A stretch of 64,000 nucleotides of DNA from Chrysomallon squamiferum (GCA_012295275.1 CM022679.1:1860001-1924000), one strand, 5' to 3'. Shown: positions 12,379-27,441, counted from the first letter of the stretch. Program-made: numbers and translations. The notes: a model not told the origin generated them from the sequence alone.

Positions 12379-15300
12379 GTTGTTTTTTTTTTTTTTTTCC
12401 GTTGTTGTTGTTGTTAGATACAGTGTGTGTTTAAGTAACAGAGTGAAGCTTATATGTCTGTTATGAAAACAAAAGCCCAGTGTGGAAGATCAGTTTACAG
12501 ACCTCTGGTCACACAGTTTCTTGTAGGCTTTTCTCATGAGGAATCCTCGGATGTGGGCTTGCAGCAGAGAAATAATCTTTGTGAGTCGCTCATCACGCAA
12601 GTCCTCAAGATAACCCAGCACTCCAGCCTTGAAGAAGACTTTGGTGAGACCAAGACGATACTTCTCTGTGTCCATCTCCAGGGCCTGCAGAATCTTTTCT
12701 GACACCAGCTTACCTTCAACAAATCCCTGAGGAATAGCATTGGGAGCCAGGATTGAGTATCTGTAATAGAGAAATGTAGTATTCATACATATTTAAAACA
12801 CTCTGGTTTTATTAATTCAGCTAGAAAGCTATAGTCAGATTTTACATCTAAGCTGTGCTAGTTACATCACACCTAAAAATTATATACATTTAAACGAATT
12901 TTGTTATGTCCATTTAGCAACTAAAATTATTTTTGAAAAGAATAAGAAAAAACATATAAGTTAAAATATTATAATTTGCATTATTAACTAAAACAAAAGA
13001 TGCTTAATTAATTTAAATACTTTATTTTTAAACAACTTTGCAGGATAAATGAAACTATTCAGTACACCACATCAAACTCTGTTTCACAAATTTTAACACT
13101 TAAAAAACCCCAGTTTAAATATATCATAGTCACACACAGATATTCTTAAACTGATTTAACACTACTTATGAATACATGGGTTTTAACTCTACAGTTTTAA
13201 AGCATGTATTTTTAAAGTATATAGACAGGATGAGGTATAAACGTGCTGACAAACCTCTGCTTGAACTCTGAATAGATGATTCTGTTGGGGAATCCCTTTC
13301 TGCAGATACGGATGCCCTCAAGCACACCATTACACCTCAACTGATGCAGTACCAAGTGAGCATCAATCAAACCTGAGAGTAAATCATGTTGTACACTAAC
13401 AGTTGTGTGTTTTCTTTATTGTATAGTGAACATATGATAAAAAGCTGCAGTTATTAATTATCATAAAGGTATTTTACCCAAATCCATAAAGACGAAAGCA
13501 TTTGGATGGCATTGATTTGAAATAATACATGAAGAAGAACTGATTTTGTGTTGCAGTAAACTGTTTGTTTATATGATCTAAATTATTTTAATGCTGTTCA
13601 CATGACATAACTATAATTACTGGTAAAGAAGGAAAATGATTCAAAGTTTTTTTAAATTATAAACCCAAATATGAACTGACTTAAATTTAATATCAAAAAT
13701 AAAAGTATGCATTGGTTTTTGATAATCAGCTGGGGTGCCTGGCTGGATTGAGAAACAGTTATTATACTTATAATGTGACCTATAATAAATTACCTGGTGT
13801 TTTGAACTCGTTGGGGATGATGCAACGCACAAAGTGTGGATGTGTGCTGTACAAGTTCTTCATCAGTTTGTTCAGAGACTCCTAAAATTCAGTATTTTCT
13901 TTATTAGCATCATCAAGTTTGCATGAGTTAAGTATTAAGTGTGTTTTCAGATTCACTAACTTAAAATTATTTCTTAAACAATTTGAAGAAGAAAGAATCA
14001 GAAATAAAGCAACTGATATGAAAGAGAGGAAAAATGCTTAAACATGTAAAACTTTTACACTGAATACATGAGAGTTAGAACCAGTTATTATCGAATCTTT
14101 ATAATAAGTGAACAAATTTCAAAAACAAACTGTTCTTAAGCTGTGCTGTTACAAACTTTTGAACACTGAAAATCACTAGGAAGTGGAATCTAATTATATT
14201 AACATGCAAATTTATTTTACTCATCAAAATACTAAATCTGCTTCCACAAGTGATTCAAAAAATGATTATATAAAAAAAAAAAATGTTAGATTTAAAAAAA
14301 CAAAAACAAATGGGGAGTGTAAAGTGTGTAATCATGCTTTTTAATAAACCTGTCTAGTTTTACTGGTGCTAATAAAATAAAAATTTTATTTACTTTTTAA
14401 TTTGTTTTTAAAGGGTACAAAAAAAAAAAAAAAAATAAATGAATTAAAAAATTATAAATATTTGAAAACAAAACAAACAAGGTATGGATACTAAATTATT
14501 TGCTTAAAGGGGTGTAACTCTTAACAACTCAAGAATTAAATGTCTAACTTGTGGAAATAACACAAAGTAGGTGGGTTGTTGAAAAAAAACAACTAGGAAC
14601 TGTTAAGATAACTTCTACAATAACTCTGCACACTCAGACACCACAACTCTAGGACTTTTGTTAAGTGTACACTAAAGGGGCATAACTGTGGGTGTCACAC
14701 TAGAAAAACCTTATGAGTTGACGAGATTGTCTGGAAAGCTGCACTCTTCTTCTTTTTACCTCCAACCTCAGCTGGTAAAAGAATACACAACATTGCTAAT
14801 ACACTGTACAACACAAGGCTTGCTGTAAGTTCAACAAGTCTTTGACCTCTGTTGTATATGTCCTGCTAATGCAACTATAAAATGTGTATGCTGCACAAAA
14901 GCTGGTATAATGAATTTTGTCTGGCTGACCTGTAACTTTTCTTTTTTCTTAAATAGATAATTTCAATATCACTATCTGAATGTAATATTAATTTCATTTT
15001 CATAAAGTTAATATTACTACTGTCACCCACCCCCTACTATATGAAATAAATCTTCTTTTTTTCTTTATTTTTTTTAACTTTAACTACATCTTCCAGTTAT
15101 AATATTCTTCTTTACCAGAACAAATGAATAAAAAATCTTATAAATATACGAGCATTGTGCAACATTTTCATCATGTACGAGTTGCATGAGCAAATAATAA
15201 AAAAATATACATAATTAAAGTCCTCTGTCCTCTACAAGTTGCGCTTACATCAGTGTATATATTTCCATACAAATATAAAACACTAGATGTTCAGTTCTTG

Positions 15301-16810
15301 ACAGTATTAAATTCATAATCCAAAATGAAAAAATTTCAGTAAAAAAATAAAAACAAAAGCCTTTCCCTCACTTGAGCTGTAAGGAAATGATATTGGGGAT
15401 ATAAAATAAAACAACCCCCAATAGCTTAGTTAGTTTTAGAAGACAAAACAAATTGTTTATTTATCAGAAATGTTTAAAATCGGCAACATTCTGGTGGTGT
15501 AAAACTTATAGAGAACAGCTGGATCGGTCACAAGTGTTAACATGTTCGTACCCTGTGCATGTGTGACACAGTCATAAAACTGGCACCTTTCCGACGTCGT
15601 TTCACTTCCACCTCAGCAGCTTCTACAGAGTAAAATCAATGTAAAACATGCAGTAACTACACCTTTTTTTCTCTTTTATTATTATTTTAAATAATTCTTT
15701 TAACTTTTAAACTATTATTGGCAAAAATATTTAATAATAAAATTTAATCTCTTATTTTTATATAATTACTATTACTATTATTTTTGTGGTTAGTGTTGTT
15801 GTTATTATTATTAATAATAATATTATTGTCATTTTCATTATTATCATCATCATCATCATCATCAGCATCATCATTGTCATTGTCTTTCTCAATGTAAGCC
15901 ACATGCAGTCTGATCAACCTGTTAAATTAAAGTATTATGTAATGAAGAGTGATGATGTATAAACATGAACCTTAAGAACTCTGTTTTTATTTCATATCAA
16001 TTATAGTACACAAAAACAAATCCTTTATAAAAACATTTTATCATTATTGACACAAAACATTTATCAAACTCAGTCAATTCTTTATAATTTCATTCTATTA
16101 CTTAAATACATTAATAATGTCACTGACCTTCTTGTGGTGCAAACAAAGCCTGGACAAATTTCTCTTTAGAGTGAGCAAGTAGATCCACCACAGTTTCATT
16201 CAGTGGATCCTTGTTCTTGTCCAGCCAGCCATTGATGTTGTATGGTACCTGAAAATACCATTATATCCCATTCTGAACTGACTGATCATAAAACAGTTTA
16301 AACATTTATAATCATTTCTCCACTACCATTGTCTCCTTGTGTATTTGTAGACAGTTAGGCAATACAAATTACATGCTTTGAGTTAGGATCCAATGATATG
16401 ATACTCAGAAATATTCACTTATATTTGTGACACTATTCTTGTAGTTATATTCAGCAATAATTTGATGGTTAATGTGCATTAATGAAAATACTTATAGCAG
16501 TAGAAATACCAGTACTTAGAAAATAAATGTTATTTGAAATTTCAACATAGTAAACAATTATGTGTAAAAGCTCACACTGTAATAAAATATAACATACAGT
16601 GACTTTTTTAAATTAATATTAACAACAGTTTATATGTTTATATGTAAAAAAAAAAAAAAAAAAAAAAAAGAATATCTAAATAAATAAAAATACCAGTAAA
16701 CACCAGTTTTATATCAAATTCAAAATTATTATCTCTGATACATGCATTTTGTCATTTTGTATTTTTTGCATATTTTAGTATGTATGTATGTGCCGGTGCA
16801 TAAATGCATG

Positions 16811-16848
<38 letters not shown>

Positions 16849-19658
16849 ATACTAAATAATTATTAAATATACAAACCACTCCAGCATAATGTTTCAAAGC
16901 GAAATGGCCATGTGCTGCACCCTTTGTACCCTTGACAGGCTTCATGAAGTTAGGAGTTTTACCCATGTGATTGGCAAACAGTTTCTCCTGGAACGTCTTG
17001 TCAGAGGCCTTGGGGAACATGCACTCTTCCTCTAGAATTGACAGCAGTCCCATAGGCTGAAACAGTCATATCAATGACTTTTAAAATTCTCTGAAAAGTT
17101 CCAACTAATAAAATCTCAACAAATAAGAATTTATTAATGAAATAGGCTGAAATAGTCATTTTAACAAAATTTGAATAATTCTTCATTAAAACAAAGAATT
17201 AACAGCAATCCCATAGTCTGAAATAGTCATTTTAACATATCTTGAATCATTTTTAATTAAAACAAAGAATTGACAACAAACCCAGAGGATGAACTATTTT
17301 AATATCATCTGAATAATCGCATTCTAGGTAACATTTAACATACTTTAAACAGTTCAGATTAATACAACAAATAAGTTTAAAACACAGAACCTGAATTCAT
17401 GTGGCAAGTTTTAATCTATGGGTTGTTTAAATTATTAGGTCCTTAATACTAATAGTTTTAAAACATAATCTTGAAATTCATTTAGAAAAGTGTTATTCAT
17501 AGAAATTATCAAACTACTATGAATTCAACAAAAAAAAAAAATTTAAAACAGACCAGTCAGTAAAATATTAAAAACATCTATACACATACACACGTATGTA
17601 TGTACGTACGTACATGCATGCATGCATACATACATACATACATACATACATACATACATACATACATACATACATACATACATACATACATACAGATATA
17701 AATATAGATATATCAGCATCTATGTGAGTACATAATATTTAGCATGTATGCTTACCTTTTCAATAAGATCAATGCAGGCCTGCAAGTCCATACCAAAGTC
17801 AATGAATGTCCATTCAATGTTCTCTTTCTTGTACTCCTCCTGCTCCAGAATAAACATGTGATGGTTGAAGAACTGCTGTAATCTCTCGTTAGTGTAGTTG
17901 ATACACAGCTGTTCAAAACTGTTGAACTGAAAACACGTAAAAAACAAATACTTCACCTAAAAATGTATCACTAACCACTGCCAGTCTAAATACAGTGAAT
18001 ATGCAGCCTTGATTTGTGAGTGAAAGATGTGGGGGTTTTTATTTCGTTGATTATTACTGTTTCATTTTTTTAATACCTCAAGTTCATAGTTTTAAGCCTT
18101 AAAATCGATGTTTGACATCTCTGTCTAAGTTCATTTATTAATAAAAAATGTAGAGAATGAAGTGTTTACTTTGGACATAAATAATTTAAGTTATAAGATT
18201 TTAAATTCTAACACACATATAAAAAGATTTTAAAAAATTGAACTGAAATTGTAATTTTTGTTGTTGTATGCTTACATCAAAGATTTCAAAGCCAGCAATG
18301 TCTAGTACACCAATGAAGAACTGACGCTTGTTCTTTGTATCCAAACTCTTGTTGATACGTATGACCAAAGCTTTGAACATGCGGTCATACAGGGACTTGG
18401 CCATGGCATTCACAGAGTAGACTACTTGATCTTTGGTTCGACCCTGGGTCACATATTCATTGCCTACTTTGATCTTGGGTTTGAGGAGAGCTTTGACAAA
18501 ATCTCCAGTATTGATACCCAACAGGAAGGCACACTTCTCAGCCTCTGTAACAAATGACAATAATTAGTATCAATAAATGATTATGACATTACAGTTAGTC
18601 ATGTGGATTTTGTTACACATTTAATATTAAGCATGGCCCTTGATAAGCCAATCAAGGACTACTGATGGAAGCAACCTAATTAAGTAAAGCAAAAAACACT
18701 GATCTATTATCTGCACAAATACTGATCATATCAATTTCACATAGCTTGCACAAATCAGCCACAAATTACTAATATAATAAAATTAATTCCAAATAAAAAA
18801 TATAATCAAATTTATTACAAAATTAAAACTATAATAAAAATAATTCCAAATTAAAACTATAATCAAATTTATTACAAAATTAAATCTATAATAAAATTAA
18901 TTCTGAATTAAAAATATACTAAAATTATTTCAAAATGAAAAATATAATAAAAATAATTCCAAATTAAAAATACAATTAACTGTGAATTAAAACCAGTATA
19001 TATATATTAGTAAAACCAATATAATTATATATCTGAATGGACATTTCATCTTTAATTATCAATTAAAAATAACATTAATTCAGAATCATAACCAGTATAA
19101 TTAAATATTAGTTCTGAGTGAACATTTCACCTGAAGTGCCATCAGCCTCAGCCTGCTCCTCTCTTGGCCTCTGTTTGAACTTCATCTCACCAAAGTGGAT
19201 GACAGCTCCAGTACATCTGTACATGCTGTTCTTCTCATCACCGGTGAAACCCAACACATCAAAGGCAACCTACAACATGAATTAATTCAGCAGTTCTATA
19301 AATTAATTAACTTGTATACTTTTATCATCACAGGAGAAACCCAACACATCAGAGGCAACCTACAAATGAATTAATTCAGCAGTTCTATAAATTAATTAAC
19401 TTGTATACTTTTATCATCACAGGAGAAACCCAACACATCAGAGGCAACCTATGTTACATTAATTAACTTGTAGATCTTAACAGGATGCTTTTGTCAAATA
19501 GATAACTAAATCAGACTAGATAAAACAGTGTGATTATAAATGTTTAAATTATTATTATTGGTTCTTTTATTTTCATTTATTATTATTATTATTTCTTTTT
19601 TATAATTATTATTAATGGGTTTTTATTTTATTTATTTATTTATTTATTTATTATGTTG

Positions 19659-19700
<42 letters not shown>

Positions 19701-22700
19701 GATCTGTGGTAATTATAAGTGATGAATATCTTTCTTTTTAGTTAAGTGATACATACATCAGTGAGTTTCATTTCTTCTGGGTCATCAATGCCATCTGCAG
19801 TGAGAGCCCCTTGGTTGATGAAGCTGTAGAGTCCAGCATCAGGGTTCATCAGTAGCTGATCTGTATCAAAGGTGATATATATAACACAGGGAACACAGGA
19901 CAGATACATGTAACACATAAAACACAGAGACAGATACACACAACACATGAAAAACAGGGACAGACACAAGCTAACATTCTCATGATCTGGTAGGTACATC
20001 CATGACACTTTTCATTTTACTGATGTTCATATTATTATTAATGCAAATGGTCGCTTCTTGTCAAATCTAAATTTTGTGGAAAAAAAAGAAGTTAAAAGTA
20101 CTAATCATAATAATAAAGTTAAATTAAAATGTTTTTTTTATCAAAACTTGATATATTTTCATTAAATTTAATTTCTTATATTTATTTGAGACAAAATTAA
20201 GTTAAATATCTGTATCAGTTAAAAACCATTCTTTACACTGTATGTTTGCTGATAACTTAACATACAGCTTCCAGTACACACTTATTTGTTGTATTTTCTA
20301 AATAACTGTAAAATGTATGATACCAGCCAACTCTTTGATGGCCCCAGAACACAGCTGGTAGAAAATATGGTAGTTTCTTTCTTGAGGTTGCTGGAAGGTT
20401 ACCCGAGATTTCTCAAGCAGGTCTGAAAACAAAGTTATAGAAAAAATCAGTTATTTGTTATAAGTATTAATCAGTGTAAACCAGCTGTATAACCTTTATT
20501 TGCAATTATTTTGTATGTTATTTTGAGCTTCTTTAATACAATTACAGATTTACATGCATGTCCATCAAATCTAAATAATAAATTACTGTTTATTATAAGG
20601 TACATTAGAAGTGAGAAACAAATGAATGAATATAACTTAATATTTAAAGTTAATAAATGATATGATGTTTATAGTCAAAACCTGCTTTCTTACCACATAA
20701 TCTCTTAATGAGTGTCCAAAACCAACAAACATTAATTTTTACATTTATCTTTTTCCTGAATCCAGGGGTATACAAAACTTTGATAACTTAGTAACTGGAA
20801 TGGGCAATAGGACAATATATGTATTGACAAGGATTGATCCAGCAACTATACACAAGGCAGTTAAAATTAATTTGACTTACATGTCTCAATGTCAGCACCT
20901 GCTATCTTGCCTTGTGTACCGAAGTGGATACGGATAAACTTACCCTAGAACAGAACATTCAGATTAAACTCTGTGGAAATGTATAATACTTTGAAAGATA
21001 AACATCATATTTAGCTCTGAATAATTATGTCTGCAATCTTGAAAATATAAAATATATTTTGTGTTAAGATAAAGTAATAATTCATTAAAAGTAGACATTG
21101 ATTTGAAATACAGTTTAAAATTAACAAAGGTTTTAGTGTATGAATGTTGTTTTGTTGTGTGATATATTTACTATACAGTAATATCCACAGTATGTACTCA
21201 CTGTTATTACCAAAATAATTTTAATTGCTGAAATATTAATATTAGTAAAGAAACAAAATTTTTTTTTTCTTTATGCATTTGCATTCAATTCTGAATCATA
21301 GACTAACATTCTGCCCTAGTATCATGAAATGTGTTCATATTTACATTAATACATATAACATTATAATCAGTTGTAAAACATTTGTATTCTGTAAACATCC
21401 TTCTCATCTCCATGATGAACATTTGACTCAGGACTGACCAAAGAGAACATTGGATGTAAAATTATTAAAATAAATTCACTGTTGCAATGTTTAAATTCAC
21501 TGACACAAATGAAAGTATATGTTTGTAACATAAGAATTATGATATGATAAATGATTCTGAAAGGTGTCAGCTGGTAATAGATTAGTTAAGACAGTTCAAT
21601 GAATGATTGCTTTTATGTTACCGGATGTATTATAGAGCTGATCAGACATAATGATTATTTAAAAGATACTGGATGTACTACAGATTAGATTATTAAAAAG
21701 ACAAGTAAAGGTTAAAATAAATGAGAAGTGTTACGTACAATTGAAAAAGTATAAGTTAGTTGTTTTTAGTTTAACAGTGTTACTCTTGTTACGCTTGTTG
21801 TTTCATACTTACGAATCTGGACGAATTGTTATTACGTGTTGTCTTTGCATTACCATATGCTTCTAAAACAGGATTAGCCTGGATGATCTGATCTTCTAGG
21901 GTTCCAATCTGGGTTCCACACAACACACAGAAGGGAAGGAGGGGTGAAAAAAAGGGAACAAGTTATGAGTATAACTTTCACGGCAATCTGTATAGTCAAA
22001 CTAATATTAAAAGGTTGGAAGAAAGGAGGTACCCTCTCTTGATCACACAGGTCAGGCTACAAGTCTAAAAACAACTTATTGAAAGAAAATGTATATTAGG
22101 GATGAAAAACAAAGTGGGAAAAGTTATCAGTCCATGTTACATGGTAAGAAAGGATGTTGACAAACATCTTCTACATGCTTTGGAAAGCTGAAATAAAAAC
22201 AGATTAAAACAATTCCAAACAGATGGTTAAAAGATTTTAGTGGTGGGAATTGCTGCAATGAAAAACTGATTTCGTATGACACTGTAATTCCTGGTGTATC
22301 AATGAGAAGTACCATGCTGATGAAATGCTTGATGGTTATAGTATTATATATGTGTATGTTAGTATGAGTTTCTATACTTGTGTCAAAAACCATAAAAGCT
22401 GCATGCAGTAAAATAACTCAATGCAAATATTTGTCAGATACAAAACACACACCAACGCAGCGCAGTATGACAAAAAGTAATAAATATTTAATCCAGTACT
22501 TCGACTTCCAAAGCAACCACCTCCTAGGAAGCACGCAGCGTCATGGCTGACTACAACATGGACATGATCTGCAGCATCAACTGTTGGCACACGTGGCTGA
22601 AGAGCAAGCATGATTTTGTTTCTAACTGTAGACTATCTGGCTTTGGTCTACACTACGACTAGACCACTACTCAACTAAACAACCTGCATAAGAGAAAGAC

Positions 22701-23458
22701 ATCATTTATAGCATCATAAAGTACACTTCGAGGAATTGTCATTATACATGAAACTCTGTCATTCTGTCATTTTCAGTAAAGACTGTAATTTAAATATTTA
22801 CATTAAAACAATAAGAAGAAAAGAAGTAGAAGAAGAAGAAGAAGAATTTAAGGCGAAAAAATATAGTAAATTATCTGAAAATAGTATATTTAAGGTTAAA
22901 CTAATTATATTACTAAAGTTATGCCAATGCTAAAACAAATTAAATATAAAATTATCCTTGAAATGGTAAGTAGATTCCAAAAAAAGTGCCATAATTTCAA
23001 TATTTTACCAGTTATGCATTTTTTCTTCTTTTTTTTTTTTTGGTTTAATGTGTGAGTGTTTTAGCTTTTTAAAAAGTTGTCCAAGGGAGAAATGGTTAAG
23101 GAATTTTATGTTAATATAAACAGTTCCTCGATTTAACTGTAAAAATCATCTGAAAAAATTGTGTCTACATTAAAATTATCAAGATGTTTATGTTAGGTTA
23201 GAGGAATGGGGGGGGTTTTTGGTTTTTTGTTTTGTTTTGTTTTGTTCTCAGACTGAACAAGTTTAATGTATGTAAAATAACAATTTTAGATATTTTAAAA
23301 ATTAAATTAAATGCAAAAATAAAAATAACTATAGATAAAACGAAATAATTTCAGATGATTTTACATAAAATTCACTCCACAGCTTATGATTCTGAGATGG
23401 AAGTGAGTCAGGAGTAACTTTCTAAACTAATATAAATTAATTTGATTAATTAATTCAT

Positions 23459-23489
<31 letters not shown>

Positions 23490-25898
23490 AGTAAATAAAT
23501 TATAAATACAACTACTACTATTATTACTACTACAACAACTACCATTACTACTACTAAAAATGTGATGATAATAATAAATGTAATAATTTAATAAATAAAA
23601 TAAAAAATATGAATAACTTACACATGAAACCTACAAAAATGTAAATAATAAGAAAAAAGAGAAAAACTCTAATTGTGCAGTTTCCCTCAACTCACTTCCT
23701 AACTCAATTCTCAACTCAGTGTGTAGTGAAACCTCTCCATGTTAGCAGTTAGTAAAAGCTGTCAGTGTTAGCTGTTAGTGACAGGAAATTCTGCAGTTCA
23801 CGTCGAAGGCTGCAAGCCATGTTGGAAACACAAATACAAACTCTCAGAAGTACAAGACTGTGAAAAAGACAAATGGGTGTTCACTCTCAATGCTGGAGTT
23901 GTTAAATCAGGTTGAAGATGTGTAAGGAGGAGATGGGGTGTAGGTTGAAGATGGTAAAGAGGAGCTGGGGTGTAGGTTGGAGATCAAATCCGAGACCACC
24001 ACTGTCATGTACTTACGAATCTGGAAGAGTTGTTGTTACGGGTGGTCTTTGCATTACCATAGGCCTCCAAAACTGGATTAGCCTGGATGATTTGATCTTC
24101 CAAGGATCCCTGAGTTTCCAAGGTGAAGGTAAAAAGGAAGGAAAGGTTAACTGTTATTAATGGGATTGATTCTGCTATTGATTCCTTAAGGATGGAACAA
24201 TACCTTGTGGATAAATTGTCCTTTCTGTGCAGCCCAACTGAAGTTTATCATTAATAAACATTTTAATGAAATCAGGGTGTTTTTATTGATCATTTGTTTT
24301 TTATTCTTTAGTAATTTTGAGCAAAATGAACAATAGTCACTATCAGTGGGGCTACACATTCAGCAACCTAAAAAAAGAAGGGTTAGATTAATCCAGTTGA
24401 AAAGGGGAAAACAGACATAGCTGGTTTATCACGGATAAACCTGAAACCACCCATTCGAGATGCTATAAAAGGGAAAAGTTGTTGATGTTGGGGCAGTTAT
24501 TAATTCAACAATGGTTACATGGTGTGCACGCCAGCTGGGAGTCCTTAGTTGAACGTGGTAGTGTGAGGGTGGGGCACGCGATACTTACAAATCTGGAGGA
24601 ATTGTTGTTACGTGTGGTCTTGGCGTTACCATAAGCCTCTAGCACAGGATTGGCTTGCACAATCTGATCTTCAAGGGTGCCCTTCTCTTGCTTCCCATCC
24701 TGATACAAGTGGGTTTCAGGGAAGTGGGTGGAAAGTAGTGTTTTCAGTTTATTGGAGAGTTATGGGTGGGGTTATTAGGATTTTCATTATTGGACAAAGG
24801 GTTAGTGTAATTAATTTGTGTGTTGGGAATTTGGAAAAGAAATAAGAAGAAATAAAAGAAAATTCAAATTATTTTAATATTTACTTATTTATATACATAT
24901 ATTTAAATATAAGCACATTTTGAATTAAAATTAATAAAACATGCTCATTTTAGAAAAATGCAACAATATAATAAATAATAGTGAAGAAATTAATTTTAAT
25001 TATTTTTATCATCATTCATAAAGATGCTGCTATTAAAAGCATAGAAGCAGTGAGTTCACTGTTAAAATAAATATCAGCTCTAGACATTAACAAAAGAGAT
25101 ATATAAAAATAAGTTATCAGAAAATTAACAATGGCTGAAAAAAAGGTTCTTCTATATCTGTGCTTTCAGACTTATATGGTAACATACTTCATATTAAATA
25201 TACAAAACTGAAATCAAAGAATATGTAAAATTATTTCAGCAACAATTGTTTTACAGGTCTGTTATTCACTAATTTATTTTCATTTCTTATTGAAAATATT
25301 TGAGTAAAATTTAAATAATAATAATGTCTTATTCCATAAACTGTACATTCCAAAACATATTTGTAAAAAAAATGAAAAAATGAAAAAAAAAGGATATTTA
25401 ATGATAGGTTTCTTTAATGAAGTAACAGATTAATTTAACATTACCTTATAGTCCAAAAATTAAATAATTTGCTTAAACTTGTACATTCATATTTAAAAGT
25501 TTTTGTAATTTACAAGAAAAAAAGAACAGATTTTTTTAAATGTTTAATTTAATATATCATTAAAAAAACTAAATTTTTATTTGTAAGGCTTAGCCATAAT
25601 AATTGTAATTCATATACTGAATAGTTTAGATTTAATAACATCATAATTGCTCATAAAATGTTATTGTCTTGAATACTGTAATGTAGGAGTAGAAATGAAT
25701 AACATCTAATTATATCCTCACCACTATGAATTAGTTTTACGATAGTTATGAGACAACAACAAAATAAAAATAGTGATATCAAATAACACTATTTAAAAGA
25801 TAATTCTAAAATGTCATTTTAAAAAAAATAATAATAATAATAATATATATATATATATATATTGTGATAAAGCAAAATAAAGAAATAATTTAACTTTT

Positions 25899-25930
<32 letters not shown>

Positions 25931-27387
25931 TTAAAACTGTTGGATTAATTGAATTTGTATAATTTTTATTTTAATCTATTTAAATTCTGTTTTCTGAAAA
26001 AACACTGACAACAGCAAAATATCTTGTTATGAAATAGAAAACAGTTTTACCTTTTTCTCTTCCTGAGTTGGTTTATCTGACATGCCTTTTCCAGCAGCCA
26101 CAAAGGCAAAATACTGGATTACTTTCTTAGTGTTTTCTGTCTTGCCTGCACCAGATTCTCCTCTAGAAAAATACAACAGTTATGTCCCTTTGATAAAGGA
26201 TTCGAAAATGCAATATCAGATATAGAAGTGAAGTTTAATAATTACATTTTAAAATAATTTTCATGAGCTATCAAAATACAACACTCCGCTCATACACACA
26301 CAAAAGTGAAAAATAATAACTCAAAAAGAATGATGCATCCTTCAGTTTTTTAACTTTCATAATCTACCAGTAAAGAATTTTTCATATTTTTGCCATTTAT
26401 ATTAAAAAGCTAATGTTAATTATAAGGAATTGCTTAAATTAAAGACGAAAAGTAATAAAGAAATCAACTTTCAAGTGTATGGCTTTTTCTGCACGTTATG
26501 CAATTGCAAGATTTGTTTTTATTAAATTTCTAAACTGAATATTTTCTAATCTTTATATTTTTTTTATGATAATACAATAAATATGACAAGTGACTTTCAA
26601 CACTTAAACTCAAAACAAATAATTATTCATTTAGTCATTTATTTTTTTTTTTTTTTTTTTTTTTTGTAATTTCGCTGGATTATGGCTTGCTAAATAAAAA
26701 AGTCAGTGCTTGTCGTCTGAATATTAAATGACCAATGGCGGAAAACTCACGTGATCAACATAGACTGGTTCTCTCGATCTGAAAGAGGAAAATAAGGTTT
26801 TAAAAACTACTGAAAATAAAAATGTGCTAATATATATATATGCTGAAAAGCTTTTTATTTAAATAAAAAATTAAATAAAAAATATATTATAAGAAAAAAC
26901 AAACAAACATGAATTTGTTTTGACCGCGCACTAAACTAGTTATTGTTACAAAGAACCCCGTTTCATATACATCAGTTAAGACATTAGTAATTGGTCTCTT
27001 TGACAAGTTTGATAAGCGCAATTGGGTTCATACAGTTCTGTATGGTACATATATATATTTGCACCAACAGAACAACCAAAAAAGAAAATAAATGAAATAA
27101 ATAAAATAAAAATATTGTGTTAAACCTCAGCTAACAAAGGATAAAACTAAACTGTAAGATCGCCTAAATAAGGTACATGGCAATGGCGCGAAGTAATGTG
27201 CCTAAATAATGCTGTGTTTAAAATATCTGAGTCAATTTTTTTCTAAAAACATAATTATTAATTTATTTTGTTATAAAATTATTGGACTTTGTTCACGTGT
27301 ATTTGAAACGATCGTAATATTAAATACAAATTTATTATCAAAAATGTTTGATTAAATCTAAGTAAACGCACTTTTAAAAATTAATAA

Positions 27388-27441
<54 letters not shown>

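Noticed and set aside
145-12702. Plus-strand ORFs overlapping myosin exons (145..357, 11101..12027, 12454..12702)
   Set aside because: Antisense frames of coiled-coil coding sequence with no independent evidence
19861-20880. Additional mutually exclusive copies of the YLLEKSRV or DQLLMNPD exons, and of the relay and converter exons, as in arthropod Mhc
   Set aside because: I found only one copy of each by eye; a TBLASTN of each exon against the introns would settle it
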